From a virus (lineage: Duplodnaviria; Caudoviricetes): a DNA stretch of 64,000 nucleotides. The stretch lies in the IMG/VR virus record IMGVR_UViG_3300022555_000030, positions 24,295-88,294 of that record, one strand, 5' to 3'. Under the pieces are notes generated by a model that did not search any database, was not told the DNA's origin, and saw only the letters and a list, made by a program, of their open reading frames with translations. The position numbers and the translations under genes are program-made. This document shows, piece after piece, positions 1-7,998 of this stretch. Every line of letters begins with the position of its first letter. Position 1 is the stretch's first letter.

Positions 1-137
1 CTGTAGTGAGAAACCTGAACTATTAAAGGGACAACCTTTAGGACAGTATCATTGCCCCGATTGTGGTGCTATGATTATAGCTGGAATAAAACACCCACCT
101 ATGTGTAAAAAATGTATAGATAGAAAACATCCAATGT

Positions 138-497
138 TTGATGAGAGAAATTAAATTTAGGGCATGGGATAAAAAACACAGCAGAATGACTCCTATTATA
201 GCATTAGGTCTTTTATCGAAAGAAGCAGTTGGTGATTCTTGTACTTTGAAATTTAACAAAGATTGTGAGCTTTTACAATATACAGGACTAAAAGACAAGG
301 ATGGTAAAGAGATTTATGATGGGGATATCGTCACACACGGATTCCAAAGCAATCCAACTAAAATTTATTGGGATAATTTCAATGGTAAATGGGTAAGAAC
401 CAGTTACACAGGGATAACTCAAGGTGATATGGAATTAATGGGTAAAGTCATCGGCAACATTTATGAAAATCCAGAATTAGTTGATAAGGAGGAATAG
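138..497 (+). CDS. YopX-family phage protein
   Basis: MREIKFRAWDK...LLQYTGLKDKDGKEIYDGDIV...VIGNIYENPEL, the characteristic YopX signature. Confidence 0.9.
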   Translation: MMREIKFRAWDKKHSRMTPIIALGLLSKEAVGDSCTLKFNKDCELLQYTGLKDKDGKEIYDGDIVTHGFQSNPTKIYWDNFNGKWVRTSYTGITQGDMELMGKVIGNIYENPELVDKEE

Positions 498-499
498 AG

Positions 500-865
500 A
501 TGAAAGTGGAAATAATAATACCAGACGGAAAATATTGTGATGGTTGCCAATTATTTGATAACGGTTCGAGTTATGAATATTCCTGTTGGTGTAATTATAT
601 TGACAAAAGCCTTGAGACAGTATACGATGGCGGTTTTGTTAAGAAAACTCTTAAGCATTCCAAATGTCCAAGTTATGAGGAGTATAGAATGGATAAGTAT
701 TTATTGGAAATAGTAGCAAGGACTATATACGATTGGTTTGGAGACGAAGATACAGAATGGAAAGATGTAGGAGAAGTTACTCAGGATAGATTTACTGATG
801 CCGCAGAGTCAGTTCTTGCTAAAGCCGAGCCATTAATCAGACAGGAAACTGTCAAGGAGGAGTAG
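500..865 (+). CDS. Hypothetical protein; probably two fused cassettes (Cys-rich N-half + helical C-half)
   Basis: Coupled ORF; internal junction-like GAGGAGTATAGAATG at 677-691. Confidence 0.7.
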   Translation: MKVEIIIPDGKYCDGCQLFDNGSSYEYSCWCNYIDKSLETVYDGGFVKKTLKHSKCPSYEEYRMDKYLLEIVARTIYDWFGDEDTEWKDVGEVTQDRFTDAAESVLAKAEPLIRQETVKEE

Positions 866-868
866 AGA

Positions 869-1453
869 ATGATTGAGATTAAATCAAGGTTTACAGGTGA
901 TGTAATTGTTTCAGGAGATTATCAATCAGTCGGGGAATGCCTCGAAAAAAACAGAGGTGCTTGTCTCAGAGGCGCTGATCTCATAGGCGCTAATCTCAGA
1001 GGTGCTAATCTCGGAGGCGCTAATCTCGAAGACGCTAATCTCGAAGACGCTAATCTCGTAGGCGCTTATCTCGGAGGCGCTAATCTCGTAGGCGCTTATC
1101 TCGTAGGTGCTTATCTCGTAGGAGCTGATCTCAGAGACGCTGATCTCAGAGGTGCTGATCTCGTAGGAGCTGATCTCAGAGACGCTGATCTCGGACGCGC
1201 TAATCTCATAGATATAAAAAATTACTCTCAAAATCACAGTATATTTGTGGAATTAATCCACAAACAAAAAGCAGACATATTTACAGAAGCGGAATGGTCT
1301 GCTATTGCACAAATTATGATATATACTCTATGTTGGGGTTCCATACGAAAGCGGTTTGCTAATGCCATCCCTCATGTATTTGAGATATTGGCTCATGCAG
1401 GTTGGAGAGAATATCTTGACCACTGGAATAAATTAGTTAAGAAAGAGGAGTAG
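869..1453 (+). CDS. Pentapeptide repeat protein
   Basis: About 17 A(D/N/Y)LxG/D pentapeptides; 15-nt DNA periodicity. Confidence 0.92.
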   Translation: MIEIKSRFTGDVIVSGDYQSVGECLEKNRGACLRGADLIGANLRGANLGGANLEDANLEDANLVGAYLGGANLVGAYLVGAYLVGADLRDADLRGADLVGADLRDADLGRANLIDIKNYSQNHSIFVELIHKQKADIFTEAEWSAIAQIMIYTLCWGSIRKRFANAIPHVFEILAHAGWREYLDHWNKLVKKEE

Positions 1454-1456
1454 AGA

Positions 1457-1741
1457 ATGGATAAGATTTTATTGACTGATGAGGAACTAATAAGTATAAC
1501 TGATGAGACTTGCCTGAGACACAACAAAACATGGAATGACATTGAGAAACTTGATGAGTGTAATCTAATTATTGATCTATACGAATCAGCCGCCAAAGCT
1601 CAACATATCAAAACAGCTAAGGCGATATTTGATGAGTTAAGAAAAGTCAGGCAGGTACGGTTAACTGATAAATATTTACCAGAAATCTTTTTTGATGCGC
1701 CCAAATTTAATAGGATAGAACAGTCATTTTTTGGAGGGTAA
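1457..1741 (+). CDS. Hypothetical protein, ILL/KAQ paralog family
   Basis: MDKILLTDEE...AKAQHIKTAKAIFDEL, shared with ORFs at 2230, 2647, 3709 and 4787. Confidence 0.75.
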   Translation: MDKILLTDEELISITDETCLRHNKTWNDIEKLDECNLIIDLYESAAKAQHIKTAKAIFDELRKVRQVRLTDKYLPEIFFDAPKFNRIEQSFFGG

Positions 1742-1746
1742 ATAGT

Positions 1747-1932
1747 ATGTGCGAATGTATAGAATTGGTAACTAAGGCCGGATACGTAGGTAAATCTATT
1801 TTAGGCCACCAACCGAATTATCTTCTATACCCCTTAGAGTTCAAAAATGGGAAAGTAAAAGTTAAGAAAGACCCATACTTATTCATTACATATTGCCCTG
1901 TTTGTGGTAAACAGTTATTGGAGGATAAATAG
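1747..1932 (+). CDS. Small Cys-containing (Zn-ribbon-like) protein
   Basis: MCEC...YCPVCGKQL; SD GGAGG upstream. Confidence 0.75.
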   Translation: MCECIELVTKAGYVGKSILGHQPNYLLYPLEFKNGKVKVKKDPYLFITYCPVCGKQLLEDK

Positions 1933-2229
1933 ATGAGCAAGTGGCGACCTGAGGGATGGCCAGAACCACGTTGTGTTGATTGTCCAGACAAAGCTGAAGA
2001 TCAATATGGACTACTTTGTAATCTGTCATGCGGTGTGGAATCACTGGATAAAATGTATGAAGCTGGTGCTGATGCCATGCTAGCGGCATTGAGGAAAGAG
2101 GGCTATGGCAGAATGGTAACAAAAACAATACCGCCATATCCTCAGAGAAACTTTGCGGATGGAGAATTTACACCAGGTTGTGGCCATGAAAGCCATGTAA
2201 CATATTTTGAAAAGTTGGAGGGGAAATAG
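1933..2229 (+). CDS. Hypothetical protein
   Basis: Coupled ORF; WRPEGW...YEAGADAML; ends LEGK. Confidence 0.75.
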   Translation: MSKWRPEGWPEPRCVDCPDKAEDQYGLLCNLSCGVESLDKMYEAGADAMLAALRKEGYGRMVTKTIPPYPQRNFADGEFTPGCGHESHVTYFEKLEGK

Positions 2230-2448
2230 ATGGTGATATTGCTGGATAAGAAAGAATTTAGGAAAGTACTAAATGAATGCTCAGTATGGGAAGGAAAATA
2301 CGACCCCTTGCTCAAAGCTCAAGCTCTCAAGGTACTGGATGAGCTGGGGAAACCGTGTCCACACGTTCATAAGATTTTGCCAAATAGACCGAAAAGAGCT
2401 TGTGAAGAATGCATGGCGGAAATTAGCGCGGCATTGGAGGGTAAATAG
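2230..2448 (+). CDS. Hypothetical protein, KPCPH...CxxC paralog family
   Basis: LLKAQALKVLDELGKPCPH...KRACEECMAEI...LEGK. Confidence 0.8.
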   Translation: MVILLDKKEFRKVLNECSVWEGKYDPLLKAQALKVLDELGKPCPHVHKILPNRPKRACEECMAEISAALEGK

Positions 2449-2449
2449 T

Positions 2450-2647
2450 ATGGAGACGAGAGAGGAAATAGCAAAACATTTACTCGATTTAGTTACAAGA
2501 TTCGAGTCAGATTTAGTTAGACATTTGTCGCCCAAAGTGCAGAAATCTATTGATTATCAGAAATTCACCTGGAAGACAATTTCAGAGTACCAAAAATCTT
2601 TTTGGCTAGAAGAAGCTGATAAGGTAATTAAGTTGAGAGATAAATAA
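2450..2647 (+). CDS. Hypothetical protein (65 aa; start re-assigned from 2273)
   Basis: ATG directly after the TTGGAGGGTAAATAGT junction; METREEIAK... Confidence 0.7.
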   Translation: METREEIAKHLLDLVTRFESDLVRHLSPKVQKSIDYQKFTWKTISEYQKSFWLEEADKVIKLRDK

Positions 2648-3027
2648 TGGATAAAATTCCTTGGTATGGCTTAATGCAAGATTCTATTCATGAGCAAAAA
2701 GGAAAACTGATTAAGTGTACTCCAATAAGGAGAAATAAAATGTCTAATCTAATACTTCAAAAGCAAATAGCTGTAATGTTTACTGCTTTGTATTGGGGAT
2801 TGTCAGAGAATGCAGCCCTAAATTTTTTTGATGATGCTTCTAAAACTCAAAAGCAAATGTTTTTGGACTATGCTGATAAAGCTATTAAAGAAGTGCGACA
2901 AGAACTTATTAAGGCAATATTTGAGGAATTGTCTAAACCATGTCCTCATCCAGTTAATAAAGGTTATCCAAAACGAGAATGTACTGTGTGTTGCAATAAA
3001 TTAAGAAAAGAATTGGAGGGTAAGTAA
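2647..3027 (+). CDS. Hypothetical protein carrying the KPCPH...CxxC module
   Basis: KAIFEELSKPCPH...KRECTVCC...LEGK; possible internal start at about 2740 (AAGGAGAAATAAAATG). Confidence 0.75.
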   Translation: MDKIPWYGLMQDSIHEQKGKLIKCTPIRRNKMSNLILQKQIAVMFTALYWGLSENAALNFFDDASKTQKQMFLDYADKAIKEVRQELIKAIFEELSKPCPHPVNKGYPKRECTVCCNKLRKELEGK

Positions 3028-3236
3028 TGGAGATACTGCAAACTATATATGAGTTTACTAATAAAGAATGCGAAACAACCTGCGGTTTATACCATGTAAA
3101 ATTAGATAGTGGTGCAACACATTACCTATTACGTAATAATGATTCTGTGGCTGTAATAGCACATTACTTAGGGCATTCAGCAACAGAGTGTTTAAGTTTA
3201 ATCATAGACGATGTAAAAAAAAGAATTCTTCGATAG
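3027..3236 (+). CDS. Hypothetical protein
   Basis: TAATG overlap with upstream stop; SD present. Confidence 0.65.
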   Translation: MEILQTIYEFTNKECETTCGLYHVKLDSGATHYLLRNNDSVAVIAHYLGHSATECLSLIIDDVKKRILR

Positions 3237-3250
3237 GTTGGAGGGTAAGA

Positions 3251-3343
3251 ATGCTTACAGACGATGATATAATTTTGTTTGCTATATGCTTCATCAGCAT
3301 ATTGATAGTTTTGATTATTATAGCTTGTAGAGTTGGAGGGTAA
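3251..3343 (+). CDS. 30-aa single-TM membrane peptide (not in ORF track)
   Basis: MLTDDDIILFAICFISILIVLIIIACRVGG; flanked on both sides by the junction motif. Confidence 0.6.
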   Translation: MLTDDDIILFAICFISILIVLIIIACRVGG

Positions 3344-3348
3344 ATAGA

Positions 3349-3558
3349 ATGGAATTAATAAAAGTGCCAATGACTCATAAGGAACTATTAACTCTACCTA
3401 TAGAATTACAGAGAAAAATTATAGAGCGGCAAGTTGCGGAATTACAATCACTTAAAACAGGTGCATTATGTATAACCTGTTCAGAGATTATAAATTGTAA
3501 AATGCGTGATGCAGTTCAATATTGTGGTGGATTTAAACGAAAAAAGGAGGGTAAATAG
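3349..3558 (+). CDS. Hypothetical protein with CxxC
   Basis: Junction-coupled; ends KKEGK. Confidence 0.7.
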   Translation: MELIKVPMTHKELLTLPIELQRKIIERQVAELQSLKTGALCITCSEIINCKMRDAVQYCGGFKRKKEGK

Positions 3559-3708
3559 ATGAATAAAACACCAAAGAATTTACCCATATTGCATATCCAT
3601 GAATGGGAATATCCTAAAACTAGACACCATAAACTCATGCGTAAATGTAAATCATGTCCTGTGATTGAAAAATTAAATGATAAAGCATTAAAGATTAAGG
3701 GTAAATAA
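3559..3708 (+). CDS. 49-aa hypothetical protein (not in ORF track)
   Basis: MNKTPKNLPILHIHEWEY...RKCKSC...IKGK; TAGATG coupling. Confidence 0.6.
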   Translation: MNKTPKNLPILHIHEWEYPKTRHHKLMRKCKSCPVIEKLNDKALKIKGK

Positions 3709-3939
3709 ATGATGGGGATATTGTTGAGTGATGAGGAATATGAAATAGCCCATAAAGCTGAGGGACATTCAAGAACATTTATAAATTCGTGGACAGTACA
3801 ACCATACTTAAAAGCCCAAGCCTTGAAGTTGTTGGATGAGTTGAATAAGCCTTGCCCACATGAAACATACGCAAATATAAAAAGAGAATGTGAGGAGTGC
3901 ATGACAGAAATCCGAAAGGAGATTGAAGATGTGGGCTAA
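3709..3939 (+). CDS. Hypothetical protein, KPCPH...CxxC paralog family
   Basis: GILLSDEE...LKAQALKLLDELNKPCPH...KRECEECMTEIRKEIE. Confidence 0.8.
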   Translation: MMGILLSDEEYEIAHKAEGHSRTFINSWTVQPYLKAQALKLLDELNKPCPHETYANIKRECEECMTEIRKEIEDVG

Positions 3940-4069
3940 ATTGTTATGCAAGCTGGGTATCCACTCTTACGGAGAGTGGGAAACAGTCAAAGTAGCAGAT
4001 GTCCTGTATTGGCGAGCCTGCAGGCGTGGATGCGGTTGTAGAGAAGTAATTATGCTGGAGGGTAAATAG
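3929..4069 (+). CDS. 46-aa Cys/His protein, DUF1660-like (not in ORF track)
   Basis: MWAKLLCKLGIHSYGEW...RACRRGC...LEGK. Confidence 0.65.
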   Translation: MWAKLLCKLGIHSYGEWETVKVADVLYWRACRRGCGCREVIMLEGK

Positions 4070-4070
4070 A

Positions 4071-4307
4071 ATGGAAAATGTAACAGTAATTTGTGACAGA
4101 TGCAAGAAAAAAGTTCATGGCACAGAAAGCCCAGGTACAACTGGTGGGTTTTATCGCCGTGCAGCATGGTTTATGTACATGGAAGATGGTGAAAATATAA
4201 TCTGTGATGAGTGTATGTTTGCGAATCCAGAATATACAAAGATTTTCGGTAAACATGAAGCCAAGATTGGGAACCTTAATCATCATTTCAAGACATTTGA
4301 AGGGTAA
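4071..4307 (+). CDS. Zn-finger-like hypothetical protein
   Basis: CDRC...ICDEC; junction-coupled. Confidence 0.7.
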   Translation: MENVTVICDRCKKKVHGTESPGTTGGFYRRAAWFMYMEDGENIICDECMFANPEYTKIFGKHEAKIGNLNHHFKTFEG

Positions 4308-4311
4308 ATAG

Positions 4312-4467
4312 ATGAATCAACGAACAGGTAAAGAGTGTAAAAAGATAAACTGTAAATACTATAAATACTATTCTAATTGGTTTAGTAATTTAGGACAAAG
4401 AGAACTTGAAATTTGTATGAATTGCCGTAACTCTCATTTATCTCAATATGTTAAGGAGTTGAAATAA
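4312..4467 (+). CDS. 51-aa Cys-rich protein (not in ORF track)
   Basis: MNQRTGKECKKINC...CMNC; follows GAAGGGTAAATAGATG. Confidence 0.6.
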   Translation: MNQRTGKECKKINCKYYKYYSNWFSNLGQRELEICMNCRNSHLSQYVKELK

Positions 4468-4468
4468 C

Positions 4469-4786
4469 ATGTTTGAAAACCATATAAATGCTGGAAACAG
4501 GAGAGTAAAAGTGGAAGATTTTGATAAATTAAAAGCACAAAAGGATGAGATTGTATTACGGCAAATGGCAGATACGTGCCGTCTGGACTGGCTGGAAAAA
4601 CAGGACGGATGCGGTTTAATCAGTGACGATGCTGGAAGATGGGCGATGAACAAATGCGGATATCAGAACTACCTTAATCCTGATAAAACCATCAGCTATG
4701 CTAAATCTTCCGTTTGGGTGGGAGCTCACGAATGGAAACCCTCAATCAGGGCGGCTATTGATTACGCTATGAGGGAGGGTAAATAG
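4469..4786 (+). CDS. Hypothetical protein
   Basis: ADTCRLDWLE...SIRAAIDYAMREGK; a phage small-protein pattern. Confidence 0.7.
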   Translation: MFENHINAGNRRVKVEDFDKLKAQKDEIVLRQMADTCRLDWLEKQDGCGLISDDAGRWAMNKCGYQNYLNPDKTISYAKSSVWVGAHEWKPSIRAAIDYAMREGK

Positions 4787-5023
4787 ATGGGGATATTACT
4801 TAATAGCAAAGAGCGTCTTAAAATTATAGGTGAGTCCAGAATCGGAAAGGGTGTTGACAATGTAATGAAAGCCCAAGCCATCAAGGTACTGAATGAGCTG
4901 GATAAGCCGTGCCAATATACATATACTTCTGCTGGGCATGCAGTAGAATACAGGCTGAAAAAGTATTGCCCTTATTGTATGACAGAAATTAGAAAGGAGA
5001 TTGAGGGAATAAATAATGGATAA
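4787..5023 (+). CDS. Hypothetical protein, KPC...CxxC paralog family
   Basis: GILLNSKE...MKAQAIKVLNELDKPC...CPYCMTEIRKEIEG. Confidence 0.8.
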   Translation: MGILLNSKERLKIIGESRIGKGVDNVMKAQAIKVLNELDKPCQYTYTSAGHAVEYRLKKYCPYCMTEIRKEIEGINNG

Positions 5024-5183
5024 TAATAAAAGTAATATATCATGCGATGAATGTAAGAAACTAATGAATTGTCCTCGGGATTATGTGCCAATTGATTTGC
5101 GCAAAGAAATGGCAAAAGAAATGGGCTGTTCTGACTATAAATTTGCCAGTGAAAGAAAATTTGCCAGTAAAAGAAAAAAATAA
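5016..5183 (+). CDS. 55-aa Cys-containing protein, last ORF of the array (not in ORF track)
   Basis: MDNNKSNISCDECKKLMNCP...; 3' end has a duplicated AATTTGCCAGTNAAAGAAAA. Confidence 0.55.
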   Translation: MDNNKSNISCDECKKLMNCPRDYVPIDLRKEMAKEMGCSDYKFASERKFASKRKK

Positions 5184-5277
5184 ATAACCCATAAAATCAA
5201 CCGCGCTGACTACCTGTATATCTTATATACGAATAATACACATACTTTATAAAAGCACAATTTCTCTTATAAAGTTT

Positions 5278-5304
5278 TTGCTATTTATTATTATAATATA
5301 TAAT
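5278..5304 (+). promoter_or_regulatory. Promoter TTGCTA-N15-TATAAT
   Basis: Upstream of ORF 5349; one of 16 near-identical sites. Confidence 0.75.
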
Positions 5305-5348
5305 ACATATATATAAATTAATAAATTATATATATAGAGGATAATAAT

Positions 5349-5549
5349 ATGGATACAGAAAATTATATTCAAAGAATGCAAGAAATTAGAGATGGAATTG
5401 AATTTAAAATCGGCAAAAAATTAACCGCCAAGCAATGGGGAGCCATTTCATACCAAGCATATGAAGATGGCCATTATGCTGGTATGTCAGAAATAGTAAG
5501 CAAAGCAAAAGACTTAACTGAATTAGTAATAGATTTGTTAAAAGAATAA
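5349..5549 (+). CDS. Hypothetical protein
   Basis: SD AGAGGA; first gene after the promoter. Confidence 0.7.
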   Translation: MDTENYIQRMQEIRDGIEFKIGKKLTAKQWGAISYQAYEDGHYAGMSEIVSKAKDLTELVIDLLKE

Positions 5550-5742
5550 TAATATGGATGAGGTATTTATATGCCATATGAAGTTAAGACTTATGATTGT
5601 GTATACATGACCCCAGAAGAAATGGGAATAATATTATATTTTATAGGTAATTATAATAAAAAGATATTATTAAATGCATTATTCGGGGATGAATTATTTA
5701 TAATGCTAGCATATAAAAATTAAATAAATAAGGAGCAGATAA

Positions 5743-5937
5743 ATGGCTAATAAACCCCAAAAAAGTAATGAAAAATATAATGTAATGATTGATGAATATA
5801 AGGGAAGTCCTATATTGCAAATATGGTCTGAAGAGAATTCACAATTCCCGGTAATATCATTTGGGATTAAAAGGGCTAGAGCAATACATAGTTGTATGCC
5901 TGATATAGAGAAATTTATTCATGATAATGAGGCATAA
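5743..5937 (+). CDS. Small phage protein (EYKG..IL...ISFG..KA..I family; possibly PC4-like nucleic-acid binder)
   Basis: Motif pattern; SD AAGGAG. Confidence 0.6.
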   Translation: MANKPQKSNEKYNVMIDEYKGSPILQIWSEENSQFPVISFGIKRARAIHSCMPDIEKFIHDNEA

Positions 5938-5941
5938 ATAA

Positions 5942-6163
5942 ATGTCCAGAACTAACCGGGATATTAATCATAATATGTGTAAAAGATTACGCCGGGAAGG
6001 AGAATATATGACTATAGACTGTTTAGAATGCCGGGGATGTCCTACACATACTACATTTCTTAGGAAAGAAGCAAATACAACTGCCAGAGCAAAGCAAAAT
6101 AATGCATTCAAAGCACAAACAGATGATCCAGAAATACCTATCTTTAAATCAGGAAAGGAATGA
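5942..6163 (+). CDS. Basic hypothetical protein
   Basis: ORF track; MSRT start; CxxCxxC. Confidence 0.6.
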   Translation: MSRTNRDINHNMCKRLRREGEYMTIDCLECRGCPTHTTFLRKEANTTARAKQNNAFKAQTDDPEIPIFKSGKE

Positions 6164-6387
6164 TGGGATTAAATATTATAAATAATATATATAAAGCATT
6201 GATAATTAATGCAATCCTGGATAATAAATTGGCCCTGGGGGCAGGAAATATGGATAAATACTTGGTCCAGGATCAAAAAATTAAGCAAAATATCAATAAG
6301 CACTCAAATAATGGCACAGACCACCTGCATATCTTATAAGAACAACTCATATAATATTTTCAAAAGCAGTAAGATTACAATAAATTT

Positions 6388-6414
6388 TTGCTTTTTACTA
6401 TTATATTTTATAAT
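6388..6414 (+). promoter_or_regulatory. Promoter TTGCTT-N15-TATAAT
   Basis: Same consensus as 5278. Confidence 0.75.
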
Positions 6415-6624
6415 ATATATATAAGAGTAAGAAAAGAAAGGAGTAATAAAATGTTAAGCCCTATTATTATTACAATCCATAAATGCCCTAAATGTAATTG
6501 TAATTTATTCCTGGACAAAAAGAAATTAACCTGTGAATTATGTAATAAGGAGATAAAGAATAAATAATGAAATTAATTAGTATTGAAAGAAAAATAACAA
6601 AATGCTATTCTAGAAGGAGTTATA

Positions 6625-7119
6625 ATGGGTGAATATTTTATTGCTACAGCACGTACGTATAGTTTTAGTGTGGCTGGTCATTCTACAGTAATTGCAAATG
6701 GTCTAACAATGGATGAATGCATCATTAATGCTGAAAAATTTCTTATCCAACATCCTGGAGAATTTACTAAACTGATTGATGTATATGAAGCTAAACAGGT
6801 TGCCTATAAAAGTAGCGAATGGCAGGATTTACGTCAAAATCAAAATGTTACATACAATTTTACAGACCTAATGAAAACGTATATCAAAAGAAAAGAATCA
6901 TCTGTTTTAGCTAAAAAGATCGCGGAATTAAAATGTGAAACTAAATTAAATATGATTTGGCCAATTGGTGCATCCATAACTTGTGGTATATTAATGTTTG
7001 TTAATCATAAAATTGATTATTTTGCATGGTTTATGGCTATAAGCTTGGTATTTTGTATTGCATCAATTTTTGAAAAATATAAAGAATACAAATATAAATT
7101 GTATAAATTAAATAGATAA
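6625..7119 (+). CDS. Hypothetical membrane protein (2 C-terminal TM segments)
   Basis: SD AAGGAG; hydrophobic IWPIGASITCGILMFV and YFAWFMAISLVFCIASIF. Confidence 0.75.
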   Translation: MGEYFIATARTYSFSVAGHSTVIANGLTMDECIINAEKFLIQHPGEFTKLIDVYEAKQVAYKSSEWQDLRQNQNVTYNFTDLMKTYIKRKESSVLAKKIAELKCETKLNMIWPIGASITCGILMFVNHKIDYFAWFMAISLVFCIASIFEKYKEYKYKLYKLNR

Positions 7120-7138
7120 AAACAGGAGGAATAAATAA

Positions 7139-7489
7139 ATGGCCAGAGATTATATGAATATTGGTTCAACCCCTGCTGGAGAGGAATGTGTCCAAGTCGG
7201 TACTTCCGATTATTATTCCAAGTCCATGAAAGAAGGTAAAGCATTCATAAATCAATTAACTAGAATGTTTGGTGATCCATCAGAATATAATTGTTCATTC
7301 CGGGTTAAAGCATTCCCCCATGATTTCGGTACATATCATGAAGTTGTTGTCTCATATAATGACGAAAATGAAGACGCTTGCCAATTTGCATATAAGGTTG
7401 AAGCCGAAGCTCCTGAGTATTGGGATAATGAGGCAAAACTTGAATTACGAATACTAGAAGTAGCATTCCCAACAAAGGAAAGTAAATAA
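7139..7489 (+). CDS. Conserved-looking acidic phage protein of unknown function
   Basis: SD AGGAGG; IGSTP..EECVQVG...FPHDFGTYHEV...PEYWD. Confidence 0.8.
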   Translation: MARDYMNIGSTPAGEECVQVGTSDYYSKSMKEGKAFINQLTRMFGDPSEYNCSFRVKAFPHDFGTYHEVVVSYNDENEDACQFAYKVEAEAPEYWDNEAKLELRILEVAFPTKESK

Positions 7490-7493
7490 ACTT

Positions 7494-7521
7494 TTGCTAT
7501 TTATGAATCATATATTATAAT
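7494..7521 (+). promoter_or_regulatory. Promoter TTGCTA-N16-TATAAT with no ORF downstream
   Basis: Consensus match; followed by hairpins. Confidence 0.6.
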
Positions 7522-7525
7522 AATA

Positions 7526-7615
7526 ATGAGCTTGGAGTGATACACCAGGCTTCATAGTTACTCCTTTTTGGGAGGGTAGAGGAATGATATACCTTTGCCC
7601 TCTCATATTTTTATG
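7526..7615 (+). ncRNA. Candidate small RNA (two hairpins)
   Basis: ATGAGCTTGG/CCAGGCTTCAT stem, alternative GGAGTGA/TTACTCC stem, and a 13-bp stem 7570-7604 followed by a T-rich tail. Confidence 0.4.
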
Positions 7616-7743
7616 GGGGATATTAATTAATTAGGTACGGGATCTTAGACTACCTTCATATTTCCAGGGCTAGACTACCTGGCATTTCATATACGCGATA
7701 TATCTATAAAATTATTTAAGCCGGCATTAACTTGATAATATTT

Positions 7744-7944
7744 TTGCTTTTTATTATTATATTATATAATATTAATATAATAAATTAATAAATATTAATT
7801 ATATATTACTATATTAATAAATAAATTAATAATTTAATAAATTTTTGCTTTTTATTAATCTATTATATAATATATATATAAAGTGATTAATAAATAAATA
7901 AATAATTTAATAAATTTTTGCTTTTTATTAATCTATTATATAAT
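7744..7944 (+). promoter_or_regulatory. Three tandem promoters (7744, 7845, 7918); the last two lie in a 73-bp direct duplication
   Basis: TTGCTT-N15-TATAAT at each; identical flanks 73 bp apart. Confidence 0.8.
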
Positions 7945-7998
7945 ATATATATAAAGTGATTAATAAATAAATAAATAAAAGATGAGAGGAGAAAAGAT

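Larger units (their letters stand above)
486..5018 (+). repeat. Dispersed gene-junction motif (TT)GGAGGGTAAATAG(A/TA)ATG, about 17 copies including variants
   Basis: Exact 13-mer GGAGGGTAAATAG at about 1733, 2436, 3335, 3546, 4057 and 4774; one-mismatch copies at about 1920, 2217 and 4299; GAGGAGTAGAGAATG variants at about 857 and 1445. Confidence 0.9.

Noticed and set aside
926-1237. Minus-strand EISAY-repeat ORF
   Set aside because: It is the antisense shadow of the pentapeptide repeat gene.
3516-4653. Minus-strand ORFs in the cassette array and other short antisense ORFs across the window
   Set aside because: They overlap well-supported coupled genes on the opposite strand and lack motifs or SD sequences.
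1933-4786. Shared C-terminal LEGK/EGK as a degron for the phage ClpPs
   Set aside because: The same DNA is read in other frames (GG*, EG*), so the peptide is best explained as a by-product of the junction motif. It cannot be strictly excluded.
1457-5023. Paralogs as the template/variable repeats of a diversity-generating retroelement
   Set aside because: No reverse transcriptase or Avd was seen, and the differences are not adenine-specific.
5250-6395. AAAAGCA upstream of TGCTTTT as divergent promoters
   Set aside because: The reverse copies lack the TTG of the consensus and no credible minus-strand ORF follows.
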